A stretch of 64,000 nt of DNA from the IMG/VR virus record IMGVR_UViG_3300026551_000002, one strand, 5' to 3'. Shown piece after piece: positions 59,924 to 64,000 of the stretch. The translations under genes and the position numbers were made by a program. Under the pieces are notes generated by a model that saw only the letters and a program-made list of their open reading frames with translations, did not search any database and was not told where the DNA came from. The stretch is from an uncultured virus (IMG/VR IMGVR_UViG_3300026551_000002). Its lineage: Duplodnaviria > Heunggongvirae > Uroviricota > Caudoviricetes. The first letter of the stretch is position 1. Each line of letters starts with the position of its first letter.

Positions 59924-60055
59924 GATACATCTCCTAAGCTGATGTGTCCACGCCTCCGGTTGTTTCAGCAACGCGGGGGCAAAACCATATTTATGAGATT
60001 ATTATACCACACTATAGAGCAGTTTGCAACAATATCATTCATACTAAAACCTTCT

Positions 60056-60092
60056 CAATACTATTGACAACTGACCATAACTAATCTATACT
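60056..60092 (+). promoter_or_regulatory. Consensus promoter, family copy 3
   Basis: TTGACA-17-TATACT. Confidence 0.8.
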
Positions 60093-60131
60093 ACAAATAA
60101 CAGTTATAACAGTTCATAGAAAGGATGGCCA

Positions 60132-60302
60132 ATGAACACTCAAATCTCAAAACCGGAACCTCCAGTTGTGCAGTCAATCCGGTTCCCTCGTGACCTTTGG
60201 AATGAACTTCAAAAAAAAGCAGGTGAAGGATCATTCAATAAAATTGTTATTCGTGTACTCCAAGCCCAAATTGAACAAGAGAAAAAGGAAAAAGCATCAT
60301 GA
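60132..60302 (+). CDS. Ribbon-helix-helix protein (not in ORF track)
   Basis: VVQSIRFPRDLWNELQKKAGEGSFNKIVIRVL. Confidence 0.65.
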   Translation: MNTQISKPEPPVVQSIRFPRDLWNELQKKAGEGSFNKIVIRVLQAQIEQEKKEKAS

Positions 60303-60616
60303 CGAAACAGTGGGGAGATCTCACTCTTCTAGAGCAAAGAAAGCGTGAACTTTTAGCCAGTGAAGGAATTGTTTGTGGACAATGCGGTAAATCTGTCTCT
60401 TCGATAGTCTACTGGTGTGATGATTGCCAGAAACAACACGAGCAAGAATGTGAAACTGATATCCATGAAAATCGTTCTTATGACGAAAATGGAGAAGAAC
60501 ACATTCAACTCATCAAAAATGATACAGGTGAACTTCTAGACGAATTCACAACCGTATCACTCCACGATGATCCTACATCAGAACAATTACAAGCAATGCT
60601 TGATTGGGCAAATTAA
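60299..60616 (+). CDS. Small zinc-finger protein
   Basis: CGQC...CDDC. Confidence 0.55.
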   Translation: MTKQWGDLTLLEQRKRELLASEGIVCGQCGKSVSSIVYWCDDCQKQHEQECETDIHENRSYDENGEEHIQLIKNDTGELLDEFTTVSLHDDPTSEQLQAMLDWAN

Positions 60617-60636
60617 ACAAAAGAAAGAGGTAGATA

Positions 60637-62247
60637 ATGCTCAAAACAGTTTTTCAACCATCCACATATCAAAGGGCAATCTTCCAAGCTGTAAAAGATG
60701 GAGAAAAATCCCTAGTAATCACCGCTTGCCCTGGCAGTGGCAAAACAACTACCATTCAACAGATCATACGTTACATTCCTGCCAATGCAACTGTACTCAT
60801 GGTAGCATTTAATGTCGAAGCATCTAGGCAACTTCAATCAAAAGTTGATGATATCTCAAGAGCAATGCATGATGAAAACATGGCTACACCTCTGGTGAAT
60901 TGCTCAACTATCCACAGCCTTGGCAACCAAACAATTAGCTCTGCTGGCATTCGCGGACAAGCCAAAGGTTATAAGTATTCAAAAATTGCTAAAGAATACC
61001 TTCAATCGCAAGGTGTCTTTGACAAGAATACTCCCCAAGATCTTACAGATTTATGCGACAAAGTACGCTTGACACTTTCCTCATTTCAAAAGCCAGATGG
61101 AGAAATCGATGAAGCTGTTCTGCAAAACCTTTGTGATCGATTTGAAATTGAGTTTGACGAGAAATACAAACAAATTTGCTTCAATGCGGTTCCAAAGATC
61201 TTGAAAGTCGGTATTGATCAAGCCCGCATAGGAAACATCGACTTCACAGATATGATTTGGCTTCCTGCAATTTTAGAATTGCAACCACGCCGATATGACC
61301 ATGTTCTAGTAGACGAGGCACAAGATCTAAATCCTGCACAACTTGCACTGGTATTAAAAGCCAGAAAACCAAATGGAAGATTTATAGCAGTGGGAGATGT
61401 CAATCAAGCCATATATGGCTTTGCAGGAGCATCTCTTGAAAGCATTCAAGAAATTATTGAAGCAACAGATGCCAATACACTGCCTCTCTCAATCTGCTAT
61501 CGTTGCCCAACATCGGCTATCCAGAAGGCAGCATCAATCTATTCAGGGATTGAAGCCGCGCCCAATATGCCCAAAGGGGAAATCAGAACAATTTTAGACA
61601 AAGACATAACAGATTTAGCACGGCCAGGTGACTTGATCCTTAGTCGCTGCACAGCACCACTAGTAAGCCTTTGTCTTGAACTTCTTCGAGATGGCAAACG
61701 TGCCACGATACGTGGGCGTGATTTGGGCAAGTCTCTCGGCAAAGCAATTGATCAAATCAAAAAATATTGGCAACAAGTCCAATACGGTCAACTTAGTATT
61801 GATGATTTGCCAATAGCAACAGGGATGTTTCTTAGTGCCCAACTAGACTCCCTGCAAGGGGATGGTCATGAAATGAAGCGTGCAAACTTGCAAGATAAGA
61901 TTGACACGCTCTTATGTCTTCTAAGTCACTACACAGCTAACCATACCCACAAAAGCCTTGAAGGGTTCCAAGAATACATCATCAATTTTTTTGAAGAGGA
62001 TAAAAATGCCCAGATCATCCTTGCAACTGGACATAGAGCCAAAGGGCTAGAATATCCTCGCGTATTCATTGTTAGCTCTAACAAGCAACCTCATCCTCTT
62101 GCAAAAACATCTGAAGCAATCACACAAGAGTATAACCTAATGTACGTCATGTACACCAGGGTACTCTATCAAGCACACACCAATGGAAGCGGCACACTAT
62201 TCCTAGGAATTGACGAAAACTTCCAAAGAATAGAAGAATCATACTAA
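60637..62247 (+). CDS. UvrD/Rep-like SF1 helicase
   Basis: ACPGSGKTT, VDEAQD, VGDVNQAIYGFAGA, YRCP, HRAKGLEY, YVMYTR. Confidence 0.95.
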   Translation: MLKTVFQPSTYQRAIFQAVKDGEKSLVITACPGSGKTTTIQQIIRYIPANATVLMVAFNVEASRQLQSKVDDISRAMHDENMATPLVNCSTIHSLGNQTISSAGIRGQAKGYKYSKIAKEYLQSQGVFDKNTPQDLTDLCDKVRLTLSSFQKPDGEIDEAVLQNLCDRFEIEFDEKYKQICFNAVPKILKVGIDQARIGNIDFTDMIWLPAILELQPRRYDHVLVDEAQDLNPAQLALVLKARKPNGRFIAVGDVNQAIYGFAGASLESIQEIIEATDANTLPLSICYRCPTSAIQKAASIYSGIEAAPNMPKGEIRTILDKDITDLARPGDLILSRCTAPLVSLCLELLRDGKRATIRGRDLGKSLGKAIDQIKKYWQQVQYGQLSIDDLPIATGMFLSAQLDSLQGDGHEMKRANLQDKIDTLLCLLSHYTANHTHKSLEGFQEYIINFFEEDKNAQIILATGHRAKGLEYPRVFIVSSNKQPHPLAKTSEAITQEYNLMYVMYTRVLYQAHTNGSGTLFLGIDENFQRIEESY

Positions 62248-62360
62248 AAATAGAGGCTAGCGTTAATCCTAGTAAAATTGTTGCTAGCCTCTTTTGTCAC
62301 CACAACTTACACGTAGTATATCACATTAGTGCTAAAACTATCAACACATAGGAAATGTAG

Positions 62361-64000
62361 ATGAAACCCATGGCAGAAGAAGATAATTTGGTAGATTACA
62401 GCATATTAGCACATGATTATATTTACGAATACCTCTTCAAAGCAAAAGTTATGGAGAATGGGCATCGACCTCCAACATTTGGAGAGTACGAATCTGCCAT
62501 TAAACAATACGAAGGACACATAACAGAAAAACATGCTCCCGCTAAAAGAATGATTGAAAACATTAAAGCTGACATACGATTGGCTGACCTCATAGACGAT
62601 GAAGATGAAAAGCCTGAAACATGTCCTGAACTGCCAGAACATATTCGCATACCACAACACATTAAAGATGCATTTGCTCAAAGTGATACCTATCGCCTTA
62701 TGCTATCCTATATCGATTTTAGTCGTAAAAGTTCACCACGCGGCTATAAAGATTATCATCCATTTTGCTTTCTCTGGTTACTCTCAACAATTGCAGCACG
62801 CCGTATCTATTTTCAGTTTGGACGCAAGAAAGTTTACACCAACTTACGTATAGCACTCTGCGGAGGATCAACCGGAGTCAAAAAATCGTTTACTGCTGAA
62901 GTTGCTATCTCACTCCTGCGAGAAGAACTAGGACTCTCCTATTTACTTATTGAAACAGAAGACATGACCCCTGAAGCTCTTATTATGAAAATGGTTGGTA
63001 AACGTGCAATTCCAGATGATTATAAAGGATCATCAGATGAGCGAACAGATAAAATAAAAGAGCGTCTTGCATGGTCTGCTCAAAAATCCATGTATTGGGA
63101 CGAGTTTGGTATGTTCTTACGTAAAATATCAAAGGAAACAGGTTCATACACAGGATGGATAGATATCCTGCTCAAAGTAGAGGAATGTAAACCGATTACT
63201 AAAAGTACTGCTGGAAGGGGTGATGAAATTGTTGAGAAACCTTACTTACCATTCCTGGGAAATATAGTAGCTGCTTCAGTTGCCAAGATCACAAAGAAAG
63301 AAAGTGACTTACAAGTCAATGGACTCATGCCAAGACAAATAACTATCTGCACGCCAGATGGTGAAAAGAGCGATGATCGAACAAAAGTAGCATACTTTCC
63401 AGGGCCTCCAGAACTTGTTGCATCACTTCTCCAGTGGCATGATACATTAGGTCAACCAATAGCTGATATCATTGACGAAAATGAAAACACTCAATCACCT
63501 GACTCAAAAAAACCATACATATCTAATTGGACTGGAGTACTTATAGAAGAGTTACCAGAACATCAATGTAAATGGACTGAGCAAGCCGAGACAAGGTGGT
63601 ATGAATACGGCTATGCTCTGGAAGAACTAGCAAGCATCAAAGGCTTCCCAGAGGACCTAGCAACACAGTACAGTGGACGACTAACCACCATCACACTCCG
63701 AATAGCTATGCTCTTTGCCAGCATCGATAATCGATATGGGAGACCAGAAGACACGATTATCACTGACCTCCATATGGCAATAGCACAAGAGCTTACTGAG
63801 ATAGCACGTCAAGGCTCTCACCGCTTCTATGAACAAGTTAATGGATTTAAGACACTCCAGTCAAAAATGGAAAGTGAAATAGTCGCACTTCTCAAAACAG
63901 TTGCATCAAAAGCAAAAACAGAAGCAAAGGCATGGATAACCGTTGCTCAAATACGTAGTCGCTTAAACGAAAAGTACGGAACAGATGAAATCAAGAAAGC
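62361..64000 (+). CDS. DUF3987-like replication protein, 3' end outside window (not in ORF track)
   Basis: Long open frame; YTNLRIALCGGSTGVKKS and WDEFG P-loop-like motifs. Confidence 0.7.
   Translation, partial: MKPMAEEDNLVDYSILAHDYIYEYLFKAKVMENGHRPPTFGEYESAIKQYEGHITEKHAPAKRMIENIKADIRLADLIDDEDEKPETCPELPEHIRIPQHIKDAFAQSDTYRLMLSYIDFSRKSSPRGYKDYHPFCFLWLLSTIAARRIYFQFGRKKVYTNLRIALCGGSTGVKKSFTAEVAISLLREELGLSYLLIETEDMTPEALIMKMVGKRAIPDDYKGSSDERTDKIKERLAWSAQKSMYWDEFGMFLRKISKETGSYTGWIDILLKVEECKPITKSTAGRGDEIVEKPYLPFLGNIVAASVAKITKKESDLQVNGLMPRQITICTPDGEKSDDRTKVAYFPGPPELVASLLQWHDTLGQPIADIIDENENTQSPDSKKPYISNWTGVLIEELPEHQCKWTEQAETRWYEYGYALEELASIKGFPEDLATQYSGRLTTITLRIAMLFASIDNRYGRPEDTIITDLHMAIAQELTEIARQGSHRFYEQVNGFKTLQSKMESEIVALLKTVASKAKTEAKAWITVAQIRSRLNEKYGTDEIKK

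Noticed and set aside
696..61861. CCCCTTGCAAGGGG copies as intrinsic terminators
   Set aside because: No U-tracts, and many copies lie inside essential coding sequences
1..64000. tRNA/rRNA genes, att sites and the many short antisense ORFs in the track
   Set aside because: No cloverleaf or rRNA signature noticed by eye; no host junction visible to define att; the antisense ORFs overlap well-supported genes and lack motifs

Overview
The whole window looks like one temperate siphovirus-type phage or prophage. It is AT-rich, I recognised no host housekeeping genes, and a Chloroflexota/Ktedonobacteria-like host is only a weak inference. Gene order: tyrosine integrase (partial), regulators and small ORFs, terminase, portal, scaffold, capsid, connector, tail, lysis (to ~35.3 kb). 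Mostly leftward replication/recombination operons follow (CsrA, Cas4-like nuclease, SSB, helicases, primase, SNF2-methyltransferase fusion, PAPS-reductase-like protein, RusA, transglycosylase), then a regulatory/nuclease region, a UvrD-like helicase and a partial DUF3987-like protein. Most unusual signals: (1) three paralogous HNH nucleases with a variable array of ~17-aa YxxRPE repeats between a CTGPCG zinc ribbon and a conserved HNH domain, each flanked by a diverged duplicate of the locus it interrupts; (2) about 18 dispersed copies of the GC-rich palindrome CCCCTTGCAAGGGG, many inside genes; (3) a portal gene split in two with two foreign ORFs in the gap, plus a split terminase; (4) six GCGAY-pentaloop hairpins bracketing the scaffold gene; (5) repeated scars of gene-cassette accretion. 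All calls come from reading the sequence by eye; no database search was run.
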